Assembly (NCBI GenBank): GCA_050084515.1
Contig: CM114271.1
Coordinates: 30,690,001-30,754,000, forward strand
DNA from: Blasia pusilla
Taxonomy: Eukaryota
DNA: 64,000 nt
Direction of reading: 5' to 3'
This document shows positions 41,819 through 54,461 of this stretch, piece by piece. Under the pieces are notes generated by a model. That model had not been told where the DNA came from. It ran no database searches and worked only from the letters and a program-made list of their open reading frames with translations. The position numbers and the translations under genes were made by a program. Positions within the stretch are counted from its first letter, which is position 1; each line of letters starts with the position of its first letter.

Positions 41819-42883
41819 CGAAAGTCTTCCGTGACAGAGTTTCGTCGGTGGGGCACGAATGAACTCGTGTACGACTGCGTGGTTTATTCGTCCTATACTA
41901 TCTTTGACACGTATCTTTTTTAGCCAGAATAATACATCTATTAATTGGCTAGTACTGCTTAATGGTTAGGTCCGCGTGGTCCCACGGGAGGTCTGGTTAA
42001 ATCTTCTCTCAAAATGAAAGGGTATATAGAGCTTCAGTTCACAAACTCGTGGGAGTACGTACAAATGGTGAGTCTACATTCAAAGCAACTGAAAGGTAAA
42101 CGTGTGCTCGACAGATCTTGCTTTTATGGCCCAACACTTTTTTCATGTGCTCCATTTGCTCTCTTTTGAAGTCCTTGTGACTACTTCATACCTCGTGCTC
42201 TCCAGATCAAGACGCAAGAAATGCATTTGCTCTCTCCATCGATACGGGCATTCAGATCCGGGTAGCAATCTGCGGAGGTATCATCTACAGGTAGAAATAC
42301 TGTCTTAAAACAGGTAACCCATCCGTGCGAGGAACGATTGTCAGGTTACTTTCCAATCTCTATGATTCATTCAAGTAGGCCAGCCATTCCGATTGCTTGG
42401 ATCGCCTTTAGCAGGGTCCGGGAAGTTTTCACGTGAGAATTGTAAAGTCTTTTTAGAAGGAGAGTCTATATATTCCGTCGGATTTTGGATTGAAAAACTG
42501 AGTCGGTCATTTTAAAATTTTATAGCTTAACTCGTAACCCCTTGAGATGAAGGTCTACGGAACTCGGAACGGGAGTGGTGGACTGAATCTTTTTGCACAG
42601 CCGTCAGGACGAAAGTTAAGTTTCAGGACAATAGGGTGCGGGGTGCCGAAAGAGGTAGACTTTTGCCTCTTACGGCCAGACGTAAAGGCCTGTTCCCAGT
42701 CTATTTACCACATATCACGCGATAAATATGGGACCTGAAGAGATGAGGACACAGAGCACCGTCCTTCTCTAACGGCCGGAGACGCCCGACGACTTACGTC
42801 CTGCCATTTGAGACGCAGTGATGTAGTTGCCCATGCAGCTGCAGCGAGACTCATGCGGGTTGGTTTTACTTTGGTTCTCCAGA

Positions 42884-43094
42884 GGAGGGTTGCGCCGGCG
42901 AAGGATTTAGTGCAATACCAATGCGACGCTGGGAGGGCCTTAGCAGCGAGCTGCTAAGTGGGGCCCTCACCCAGAAAGAAATAAGATTAATAAGATTAAT
43001 ATCTGATACGAGGGTCGATGACACTCGTATCAGATATTAAACTGATAAGAACAGATACAACACTTGACTTAAGCTAAAAGGCAGAGAAAGGTTA
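42884..43094 (-). ncRNA. U2: U2 spliceosomal snRNA, divergent variant (or recent pseudogene)
   Basis: Minus strand TAACCTTTCTCTGCCTTTTAGCTTAAGTCAAGTGTTGTATCTGTTCTTATCAGTTTAATATCTGATA... aligns without indels to the plant U2 5' end. Stems IIa, IIb and III and the loop IV motif ATTGCACTA are present. Confidence 0.92.
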
Positions 43095-43119
43095 CCATCT
43101 CCGCCAGAAGTCTGGGGAC

Positions 43120-43164
43120 TATATACTTCAATAAATTCTCTGAGATATACTTATCTTATGGGTT
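43120..43164 (-). promoter_or_regulatory. snRNA-type promoter candidate: TATA at about -30 and USE-like AACCCATAAG at about -61 to -70
   Basis: TATATA at 43120-43125 and AACCCATAAG at 43155-43164 on the minus strand, in the positions where plant snRNA TATA and USE elements lie. The match to the angiosperm USE (RTCCCACATCG) is only partial. Confidence 0.55.
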
Positions 43165-44778
43165 ATATGTAGGCAATCTAGTGTCCGGATTCCAGAAGCG
43201 TTTCTCGGAATTAGGAGAGAGAGGACGGAAGGAGCGGCGTCTTCGACAATATCGAAAAAATGCCGAACTGATCGGGCATCATCTCTTTGAGTGTAAGGCG
43301 AGGAATAATTCAACACTTTCTCTACGGAGGAAGTATTGAGTCATGGTAAGCTGGGTGATCGTACGAGAACGCAATGGACGGGTCCGTCCGGGATCCGCTC
43401 CGTCCATCGGATCATGGTCATCTACAGATCCTGTTGAAGAGTTTCTCGATGGCAAATGCTCCTCCGGGAAAACATGAATTCTTGCTCCCGTGAATTTTCA
43501 AGTGCGTCTTGACACTGCATGTGCAGTTGATGGTTGAAGGACATCTCTACAACCGGAGCACTGGAGGCGCTTTGTTATTGAGAATCCACGACTTTCAGCA
43601 CGACAAACAATCTACACGAACTTTCTTGTCCACCGACAATGTTTGATGATAAATTGTCTTGGACGCTTGGTGTAAAAGAGGAAGCTAAAATTCGCTGCGT
43701 CTGATTTCCATGTAATGAACAGTGGATCCACCGAAGAGGTGGTCGATTTGCTCCGGAGGTCTCTCATAAGTTTTCACGACGGTGGAGTCCTTATTCGGTG
43801 TGAAGATTAGCTTCTGATCTCTTCAGTTGACTTAAATTCGTATGAACAACGCCGGTCTACCATCCTTCAAGTTCATCGCTTACACTTCAACCTTATAACT
43901 TTCTCTTCATACTCTCAGGCAAATTTGGTGAGAAAATTCTAAATTCTTAAAATTTGCCAACGAGTAAATGTCCTCCAGGACTCAAATAAACTTTTTATTC
44001 CATCAGCTTACTATCTTCTCTGCCGTTCGACGAGGTTCATCCGCAGCAAGTACAGATGTTTACAAGCTCCGAGCCATTCCATGGACCGCTGAACTCTCTC
44101 TAGGTCCAGGCACAGCTTTTGGCTCAGCCATTGCAGGCACAGGAACACACTTATCAAAATGTTAGTGGCAAGCTTGTGACCACACACCTTGATGGGAAAA
44201 AGGTAAAGTCGTTGGGGAACAAAAGACGGCTCTCCATCCGATTTTCAACAGCTCTCCAGAAGATTTCTTATGGTTCCTTCTTGTTGTATTATCTTACTTC
44301 TGATTAATGTTATTCTTGAGAAGATACTAAAACTCCTGACATTCCATTGTTCCTCGACCAGGAGGTCAGATTCGTGCATTGCACTGCTATTGATTTCGGC
44401 TTTTATCCTTCTTTCCACTTAGCTTGTCCTTTGTAAACAGCAACCAAGTTTAGATTTCTGCTGTCTTCAGCATGCATTGGGCATTCCAACCCTCAGGCCC
44501 AGATATTAGCCTGAATACACTGATCACTCTTTGCTTACTCCAAGTTCATCAGTATCATGTGTACTACTAATGAAGTCTGAAGAGGCAGATGCACTACCAT
44601 ATGCACAGAGGCCCTCCTCAATCCAGACACGAGGAGGTCAAGAGGCAAAGAATTAATTCGCCTTGAGCACAGGTATTGAAAGGAATGTAGAGTCTCTCTG
44701 CCGGTGGAGTAGTAACCCTCCCATACAGACACTGGAGAGCTCTATTGACCTACAGTGAGTGAATTCGATGCTGATGTA

Positions 44779-47700
44779 TCACAGAGGCACATCTATGGGA
44801 AAGTCCTGAGGACACTTCTGGGCAGCCTTGCGAGCAAGGTCTTCTTGCTCCAACAAATTCTTGGGAACAGAGTCATATACGTCACTGAAGAGGTCTCGGA
44901 GTGGTGGCTTTGGCTTTGCGTCTGCAGCAGCTAAGCATGCTATCACCTGGACACACAAGGGAATCATGAGTAGCCTTACACTCTTACATACATGCAGATG
45001 TACATGACATCCTTCAAATTACTCAAACGACAATTTGAGCTTAAGACAAAGCTGGTTCATTCAGAGGCTTGTTTCTTTTATTACTGATTCGGGCAGCCTG
45101 TTGTGCAAGTGTCCCTTTGATCAGTAAGTGGACATGCTTTACTAGTTGACCAGAATGCAACAGTCAGTGAACTCTTGAGCTTCTCAATACTGCCTTCAAC
45201 GGCACATCCGTTCAGATAAACTTACCTCATTCCTGAGTTCTCTTCTTAGTTGATCATCAACAGCACTGTTCCACCAGCCCTTCGTTTCCATCCACTTCTT
45301 AAAGCGTTGCACACCATCACGTCTTTCACTCCAAAATCGTATTTCAGCAATTTCACGATACTTGGCAGAATCATCGCTAGTAGAATGGTGGCCTACACGG
45401 TATGTCATGAGCTGCACACAAACCTTCATTTTTAAATAAAAGGTTACCGAATTCTGATCAAAAGAATTTCATGACTTTCAATAGGTACTACGTCAAACTC
45501 ATTCAGAGGATACCTCAATGAGGATGGGTTCATTGTTGTTGACAGCAAGCTGCCGAGCAGCTTTCACAGCAGAGTAAATTGCTAGGGTGTCATTTCCATC
45601 CACGCGAATACTCTTCACTCCATATGCCTGGCCTCTACCAGCAATGCCATCTCCTGAAGTACGAGAGCAGGAAATGTCAGCAAGTGCATAACTACCCAGT
45701 ATAACTACCCAGTTGAACTCAGAAGATTAAGAATCAAGTGGACTGGATATTCCATGATTTGAGGCTCTCAAGACTATGATGCCCCATCTAGATTTTGGAA
45801 TATTGCTGATCTAGATTTTGGAATATTGCTGATAGGGTTGTTTAGTTCTTCGTAAACTTTTGTCCACAATCATTTCCATGCTTTGAGTAATAGTGCAACT
45901 TGATCACGTGGCATATCGTCTATGTATCCTAGACTCGATGCGGAGACCAGTTGGACAAAATTCAGCACTCAAGCAAATCAAAACATGGATGGAGACAATC
46001 CAAGAAGTTATGTGACACTCTGAGTGCCACACATGATTCTCTGGCATGGCAAGTGGAAGTAAGGTTTATGCCTGGAAAGCCCCAATGCGTACACTCACTT
46101 TCGACCTGGGATACGAGCAGGTCACTACACATATGAGTAACTCTCATGAGTAACTCCAGCAAGTACTGTGTGATGTAGTATTTAAATGCCTTTTATTTAC
46201 TCAGGTAAACCTTGCTGTTCGTACTTTGGAGTAGAAAATATGCTGGCACGCCCCACTAAGAAACTTTGAAAAACAATTGCATACCATCCTACGAAGGATC
46301 CCACAGTGAAACGCCTCACCTCTATACTGCTCAGCAGGAGGTGTGCTGATTGCCCAGCCATTATTGCGGCAAATGAAGAGAACCGGCACCTCCAACACTG
46401 CTGCAAAGTTGACAGCTGCATGAAAGTCTCCCTGTGCACAAATTGAGTTTACTAGGCGTTCTAAAACTCTTGCTCAAGTAGGTCAGGTCAGAAAGAAACA
46501 GAAAATTATAGACCTGGTGTGTTGGGAAAAATGGAGTTTTTTCCAACACACCAGTGAAAGCAGATGTCCTCGGGCAATAAACAAAATCAATTTAACAGGG
46601 GTTCTGGGGCGCAAAGTAAATTTCAACTCAGTTAGAAAGTACCTCACTAGCTGCACCCTCTCCAAAAAAAGCAACACTACATCGTTGCTCCTTGTCCATT
46701 TTCAAGCTATATGCTGCTCCGACTGCATGTGGAATTTGCGTTCTGCCAATTAAGGCCATTCTATGAAACAAAGTCCCAAAAGGCAAAGCCTTACGGAATC
46801 TGACACTTTGAACCCCATAGGACGAGAAGGAAATAGCGAGTTCTTGAAGATCGTGGCATGGATGAAGACAAGATGTAGATGTGTTATACATACCCTAGCA
46901 CAGATGACACAGTGAAATAGTGGAGTTTGTCTGACCCGTAATGAATAGGCATCTGTCGACCTTTGCCATGACCTTGATAGTTACCAACACACTGGTCAGC
47001 AAACTCTTCCAGCCTGAAGCCTCGCCATAACAAGACACCAGGTTCACGATACTGCCATGAACCAGCTGGTGTTTCAATATTTTGATGAATAGCGAGGATC
47101 GAACTGTCCATTGATAAAGCTTTTGCACAGGTTACTCCCAAGGCTAAATTCAATTACTGACAAAAGAATATGCACACTTCACCCAGAGGTTCTGGAACAG
47201 ATATTCTTCGTTCTTGCAGGTGTACTGATTCTTGAGTGGGCTATATCAACCAATCTACTTCCTCAGCATAAGACAAAAAGGATTTTTTCATGGCAATCAT
47301 CAGTGTGAGATAAAATGGCGAACTCCCCCACTCATAAACTTCTAGTCTTTGTGATCTGATCAAGGAGGCACGTTCACCAACTGCTTACCTGAGGGAACAC
47401 AGCATCTGTATCAATCAAAGCTGCAGCACAGGCAATATTGAGTGCCTCCTCACCCGTGCACGTAGCGTAGAAACCAAATCTCCCTTGTCTTTGTGCATTG
47501 TAGAAGATTTCGTCGAGTACTTGCAAGGTGACCATATCTTTGTACATTTTTTGAGCCAATGGCTTGTCCAACTACATAGATGGAGTCCAATATTACAAGT
47601 ATTACAAGCGTCTATTCAGAATCAACATAACATTCCATGAAAAAGTGCTCCAACAAAATGGGTTGCCGGAGAAACAAGAATCGCAACCCACCCCTGAACC

Positions 47701-49111
47701 CAACTCCCTTTTGGAGTGAAGGCCACTTTTTAGGAGCATTTTGGAAGTAACAGACATGAGTTGACGTCAGATCCATTAGAACTACGGCATCTGGTTCAGT
47801 GGAAGCGAGCTTTGAGGAAGTCCGCCAGCTTACATTTGCACAATCAGGTGCCCATTGTTCTCCATTATCAGAGAGGATCCGGAAGCAGGGAACTGTGGGG
47901 TTTGCCGTCCCCGAGATAAACTGCAAGGCCCCAGTGTACTTTCCTTCTTCTGTCCGTGAGAAGCCTGCGAGCTGTAACATGGCACTTTCACATGTTAGGA
48001 ACATCGTTCATTCTAACTCGAGCGCACAACGCGGGTGAAACCCCGGGGTAAACATGGCAGATGTCTTCAAGCTTGTGCTCATGCTTAACAATTCCATCAG
48101 TGTTGAGCATCTCCACCAATTATCAACTTTGCTAGCACGCGCGTGCGAGTACAGGCACTGACAGACACTATGAGCTCTCTTCGAAGCTGTAAAATCTCAA
48201 GGTACATTTTTCTACATCATCAGTTGAATTCGACGCCTGTTCAGCCCATACGAATACACTAGACGTTCGGGACCAATAAAGGAGAGCAATCATTGATTCA
48301 GTAGAAACGCGGACATAGCTCTGCAAATGCAGATTCTCTCCCGCCTGACATTAGAGATGATCGGAGTTTCAGGAGGTGATGTGTGCCTGGACGGTACTCT
48401 CCAAAGAGAATAAAAGACATGCATTGAAGCATAGTCGACCAGAGCCGTACCATGTGACCCTACCCCAATCGTGCAATTTAGTCCAGTAACACGAACTTTG
48501 GAAGCCCTCACGATGAAATGCCCATCACAATCTCTCGGCCATACAATCTCTCCACTGGAGAGGAAGTGCCAGGGAAGACGATTCCAGACTGCCTCGGATA
48601 GTTTAAAGCCTTGTCGTGAACACAATTGGGGCGAATCCTCCAGGTTTCCTCTAGTCCGTTCACCAGTAGGTTGTAAACTTCCCCGGAAACCCAGTCCATG
48701 GAAACATTCCAATCACCTAACCGCAGCGGGAGTTGAATTCAACCTATCCGACAAGGGGAACCACTCGGCCTCGGCTGCTAACGAATCAATTGCTGCTGCA
48801 ACCTCCCACACATGCATCCAGCTACAGAAACAAGCTCCGCATCGCACAGTCACGAAATGAGGGAAAAACAGGAGTCCGGTCCCCAACCTACCAACCTCGG
48901 TCACCGAGAGATCGTTGCCACTCTCCAGCGCCACGGAAGAGCCCCTGAAAGCAGAGAAGAACCTTGACAACACTCCAGGACCCTCCACACTAATGCCATG
49001 GCTCCGTGGACCATTACTGCCAAGCCCACACGGCAGCAGCCCGCATCGAGAGCTCCAACTGAACCTGATGCACGATCCGACCCACCTACGGGTTCCCGCT
49101 GCGAAAGCCAT
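44779..49111 (-). CDS. BCKDHA: Mitochondrial branched-chain alpha-keto acid (2-oxoisovalerate) dehydrogenase E1 alpha subunit, ~9 exons
   Basis: Phase-consistent GT-AG exons: 49111-48892 (transit-peptide-like; junction uncertain), 47964-47834, 47571-47389, 47051-46894, 46742-46643, 46431-46320, 45653-45514, 45411-45226, 44946-44779. Motifs [34 protein letters not shown], the ThDP motif [12 protein letters not shown]...RNNGWAIS, and [11 protein letters not shown]. Confidence 0.95.
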
Positions 49112-49937
49112 CAGTTGGGATGACTGTCTAAAGGCGAGAACCTTTGAAGTCCCGCATGTCATACGCGATTCTCACCCACTCACTCACTCGACCATCCGTT
49201 CTCCGCCACCGAACACTCCGCTCCCTGCTATCATTCCTCCTCGTACCCGTTCCGAATCGGTTTCTGGGCTTCCGAAATCATGTGACTTTGTGCAATCATT
49301 TCCCAATCGGTTTACTTTACTGGGCTTCCTACATCACGTGACTTTTCTACGATCATTCCTCGTACCCTTTCCAAACAGGATCCGCATAGTCTTTCCGAGA
49401 GAACCGGTACATTCCCGGTGTAAAGTTTTACTAATTTGGCTATTTTCATATGAATACAAAGCGGACCCATATATTCAGTCGGTTTTTGGCCGGTGCTTGA
49501 GAAAATGAATGGAGATTCAACGACTAGGTCAACACGTAACCCCGGGCTCCCCGGACTTTGTTTCCAAATTGGTTTATTGCGGTCGCGTGACCTTTCTACA
49601 ATCATTCCTCGTGTCCTAGTTCCCTCCGCAATTTTCAAACAAAACTATTAACTATTAGCCTTTCCGATCTAAACAACCTTCGATTAAGCCTCCAAATGCG
49701 AGTGAAACCGTCTCACTTTTTGGACTAAGTTCACGTTTTGGACAAGAAATTGTGTTGCATTACTAGGTTAGGGCTATTTGAGGTGTGCATAGGGTAGTGG
49801 ATTCCCCGGTAACGATGAGTAATTCAAACTTGTAATTACACCCTAATGGACCCATTTGGATCCCAAATCTTCCCTTGCGCCTATCAAAAATGATTCCAAA
49901 TTAGCTAGAGATATGTCGAGACCCCATGGGTTAAAAA

Positions 49938-50115
49938 TCTATATTATATTACTATTATTGGAGAGTGCTCTTTAATTTTGCAGACCACTTGGAATAGTAT
50001 CGTTCATCTTCTTAACCAATACGATAGCTCGAAATTGATTTCAAATCACAATAGAAAATTTTTAAGTAATTATGGGAGGTGGTTTAAACTCGTGCATAGC
50101 ACAAGTTTATACTAG
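49938..50115 (+). mobile_element. Short non-autonomous Helitron
   Basis: A|TCTATATT...ATTGGAGAGTGCTC ... CGTGCATAGCACAAG hairpin, then CTAG|T (AT target, no TSD). Confidence 0.75.
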
Positions 50116-53100
50116 TGTTAACATGAAAGGAGTTTTAAAATGAAAGGGGCATCTCATCATTATCTGGATTACCCATCATTATCATTATTATAAAATGTGA
50201 ACCAATATCTTGACCAACCTCCAAATCTTACGCTTGAGAGATCCTAAGAGGGATAGGTATGACAGGTGGCAAGGTTGCATTGATCAAGATGTCCGTTGAC
50301 ATTTCAATCAAGCACTTTGAGACAAGGTTCTACAATAATAGTATAGATATGGGGACTCTACTTAGTCTACTTAGATCACTTCATTTTTTATTTCTTATTC
50401 CTTGAATTTTATTCTTCTTCCTCTTGTTCATGGCGCCTACTTTTTTTTCTTTTTCTTGTTTACAATGCCTTAGTTTATTCTTTGAAGTCATTCCTAATAA
50501 ATATTTTTGGGTTCCATGGTGTGGCAAAAGAACTATTTTTAAATTGATGAGAATTATTTCTTAATCTTTTCTTAATTGAGATATAGGGGTTGGAAAAGGA
50601 AAAGATAACCCTTTTTTTCCAAATCCATAAGGAAAAAAGATAGAGAATTTTTTTTTGGAGGGAAGTAAGAATTCTAATATTATTAATATTCAACCAAAAA
50701 TCTATCTTTACTATTTTTACATCATCTTTTTACATGTCAAACTCTAGCAGTTCAATGTGTATTATCAAATGGTTACACATTTTAGTTTACATTCTAATTC
50801 TCCATTTATTGGACTTGCCAAAAATTTCCCACCATTATATATTTTTAAGTCAGATTTCCATTATCAAAGAGATCTTGCCTCATGATCATGATTGCCCTAC
50901 ATTTATATACCTCGAGAATCCTACTAAAGGGATTTTTTAATTCTTAAGATTGGAATATTGGAATTAAAAATAGATTTATAAGGGGGAGAAAATTTGTTGG
51001 CTCTCATTATAATATAGGTTCCTAAGTATTTATTGATTTGTATTTGTAATTGAAAATCTATTAAAGGGTTTAATAGGAGGTTACATATATGTGAAAACAT
51101 CATCGGTAAGTATATGTTAATATTATGATTTTCAAAAAAAAAACCAATAATATGAATGAAATGTGAAGGGGATAGTTAAGATAGAGTTGGCATCTTTGTT
51201 TTCCCCAACCCCTCTTCTAAAATTCCCTAAAAGCATGACCGAACATTACTGAGAAGCATTTATAGTTCCTTGAACTCAACATAATCATCAATAAATTAGT
51301 AGATAGCGAAAAGAAAATTCAAGAATAAAGGATAAACCCACCTTGAATGAAAATTGTGTATAATATAATACACACTTAAGATGATTTTCCTATCTTGAAT
51401 GAAATTTTTTTTATCCAAACCCTAATTTTATGAATAATTTATTTCCATGCATAACTTCCAAATTCCATACAATGGTTGAGAAAATGGAATGATTTAAACT
51501 TATATATGAAACCTTTCTTTGCATATAATAAGTTATTTGCCATGCATTTGGACTCTTATTTCTGTTCACATCATGACTTAACATTCCCTCCAAGCGTCCC
51601 TAAATCCTAGAACTAAGCCTTATCATGCATAAATGAGTAGGGAGTAAGTGGATACTCTTTCAAGACCAATAGATAAAAACACGCATTTAATGTAAAATGT
51701 GTATAATATTTTACTCGTTTAAATTATTTTTAATATTTCTAGATATAAAGTGTCCAATTTATCTATAATTTATTTTAATAAATATCCTGAAAATTTTAGG
51801 TGAATCTAATGGTTAAAAAGTAGATCAAATTAAACCTACACAAGAAAACTTTGTTGATATTTGGTTATTTATAACCCTTACAAGTTCTCTTGTTTCTTTT
51901 CCTTGCCATCTAGCCCATCCATGTGTCCTATACGCATTTGATAATTACTTTCTCATGAAAGTATTGGACTTTTTTTTTAAGGAGAATAAATCCTCTGAAT
52001 AAAAGATTGAAAATGTTTCTTACCGAGAAAATCAATGTGTTGATTTAAAAAGACTTCAAGTTAACTTCAAAGATTTTTTATCTATATAATCAATAAATGT
52101 TTTTACTTATTAGAATATATGATTATTGTAATAGTGGGAAATCCGTTAAAATTTATCCCAAAAAAGCTAAATAGGTCCCACTTAGTAATTAAAAAAATAA
52201 GTTTATAGGGTCTTATAAAAGGGCCATGCCTGCAGATGATGTATGAGATAGTGTACGTGACATCCCGAGTACTTTGCCAACAATATGTGATTCTTCTATT
52301 GATTCTGTTCATTTCCATCTTTCTAAGCGAGTGTATTGCATGCGCAAAAAATTACAAGTGAGTTATTTTAAGCTAAGACATGCATCAAAAGTCCCTCTCA
52401 AGAAAACTTGTAATCTTCTTCCTTGGAATTTAGCTAGCTAAAAATTAGGCTTCCTTATCTCCCTAATTTTTGTGGTTACTCATCTTTGGCATATCATACA
52501 AAATTTCACTCATTCTTGAGGAAAACCTCAAAATTCTATATTATACTCAGTTACTTACCAAAAAATTGACTCCTTCCTAATTTTTCTTGAGCAAAGCCAT
52601 CAATTTTATTATTTAGAATCTATTATTTTGGGAAAAAAATATCTAACACTATGAAATTTCTTCATCTACATGTCTTTCATCATAAAAAAATCCAACCCAA
52701 AAAAACCTTGAGACTTAGCTCCAATACGGAAAGAAACTAGTCACAAAGTGAAGAGAAGAGCCTTGGAAAGTTTGGAGGAAGAGAAAAATAGAACATTTTG
52801 GAGGCAAAAGGGAAATTTATGGCAAAGGTTTCAGTTTTGGGACTTGCAAGTTGCAAATTTGAAGACATGCTAATGAGTTATAAGTTCCAAGTCTCTTACA
52901 AATCCAATGTGAGCCCCATAGTGGCAAATTACACATCCTATAACCTAACTCGGTGTGGTTGGGAGCTTAGTACAAATCCGAATGGCAAAATGACTATCAA
53001 GACTTGCAAACCAAGGAAGACTTGTGAAGTTACATGAAGTTGTAATGGAGTCACACAAATAAGATCTAAAAAGTATCTACTCTTCGCAAAGAAGGACTAG

Positions 53101-54273
53101 CAATGAAGCCACGTCAATCCTTGATCCCTAGAAGTGTAGATTTCTCTTGGGAATGTTTTTTCCCCTTGAAAATTTCCAAAGTATCATTTCCTTTCTCATT
53201 TCACTATTTTTCAAATTTACTTTTGTCACTTAAATATTTTTACGTCCTTGTTCTTCACTTTTATTACCCTTTTTATTTTAGCAAATTCAAAATTTAGTGG
53301 GTTAGAGGATACTTTGTACAATGTTGGAAAATTATGCTAATCATCATAAACAAACTAAATATATTTTACCATTGAAAGAGAATAATAACACTTGCATTCC
53401 ACAAATATATTGTATATCTAATTTGTACTATTATTTTCAATATAATGCACAATAAGACCAAATAGGAGACAACTGGATAAAATAGTAAGATTTGGATTGC
53501 GATAATCTTGCTCTTGAAATGCTCCTATACTATGATGGATGTGTAAAATTTGAGGGCGAAAAAAAGGTTGCATTGAACTTTAAAGGACATGGGAAGTGAT
53601 CCTAAATATCTATTTAGTACTCCCTAAGAAATGGAGGTGTTGGGTATTTATTGTAGGGTTAGTGGAAAAGTGGAATAACTATTATGAATAGAACCCTTGT
53701 TGCATGCCCCTTTCCTTTGAACCATAAGCATGCAACTTGTAATATATATTACTATGTGGGGAAGAGGTTACTAGATAGGGAAACTTTTGTTCTTACTAGA
53801 AACAAAAATTTTCTCACAAGAAAATATGAAGTATATGTTGTCTTTGATTGAAAGGACCTAGAGTGAGTCACAAAGATACCTATGGTTTCATTTTGATTGT
53901 AATTGAAAAAAAAATCATTACTTATTATAAAAATATATAATAGAAAATTATCTTTTAGAGAATGATGTTTTTTTTCCTTTCAAGGAGTTAAAATATTTTT
54001 GAATGAAGAATAATAATATTAAAATAGAAAATACACACTATTAAGAAAACATAGCAATTTCTACCACACTAAAAACATAACAAGTGTCAATCAGATGCTA
54101 GTGCAAATCATAGGTATTTTCATTCATAATTATATAATCAATTGAAATATAGATAGGTGTGTATATCATAATATAGAAACCTATCTACATTATTATACGA
54201 TCACAAAAGAATTACCGTGTGAGGACAAAAAGTTAAATGGAAAAAAATGCAAAAATAATGAAATATGTCGTAA

Positions 54274-54461
54274 TCTATATTATTATTGGAGAGTACCTCT
54301 TCATTTTGCAAACATTTGTCCTTTCGACACTTGGAATTTTGAGCCAATAGGATAATTCACCTTATAAACCAATAAGATCTTTCAAAATTGATTTCAAATT
54401 GAACTTGATAATTCATTATGGGGGGCACTTCAAACCCGTGCATCGCACAGGCTTAGGCTGG
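54274..54461 (+). mobile_element. Short non-autonomous Helitron
   Basis: A|TCTATATTATTATTGGAGAG ... CCCGTGCATCGCACAGG hairpin, then CTGG|T. More decayed copies lie near 16300-16570, 24460-24800, 32460-32640 and 40600-40835. Confidence 0.8.

Noticed and set aside
42641-42690. Faint resemblance to LSU rRNA (CCGAAAGA.GGT...TGCCT) and to RNase MRP ends
   Set aside because: Short and gapped with no flanking similarity; no P4 pseudoknot pairing was found.
42601-42775. Hammerhead-like words (CCGTCAGGACGAAA; CTGAAGA followed by a stem)
   Set aside because: CUGANGA and GAAA do not flank the same stem II, so a hammerhead core cannot be assembled.
45690-45835. Short tandem duplications (13 bp x2 and ~23 bp x2) in a BCKDHA intron
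   Set aside because: Ordinary slippage or repair duplications; no spacer structure, so not CRISPR-like.
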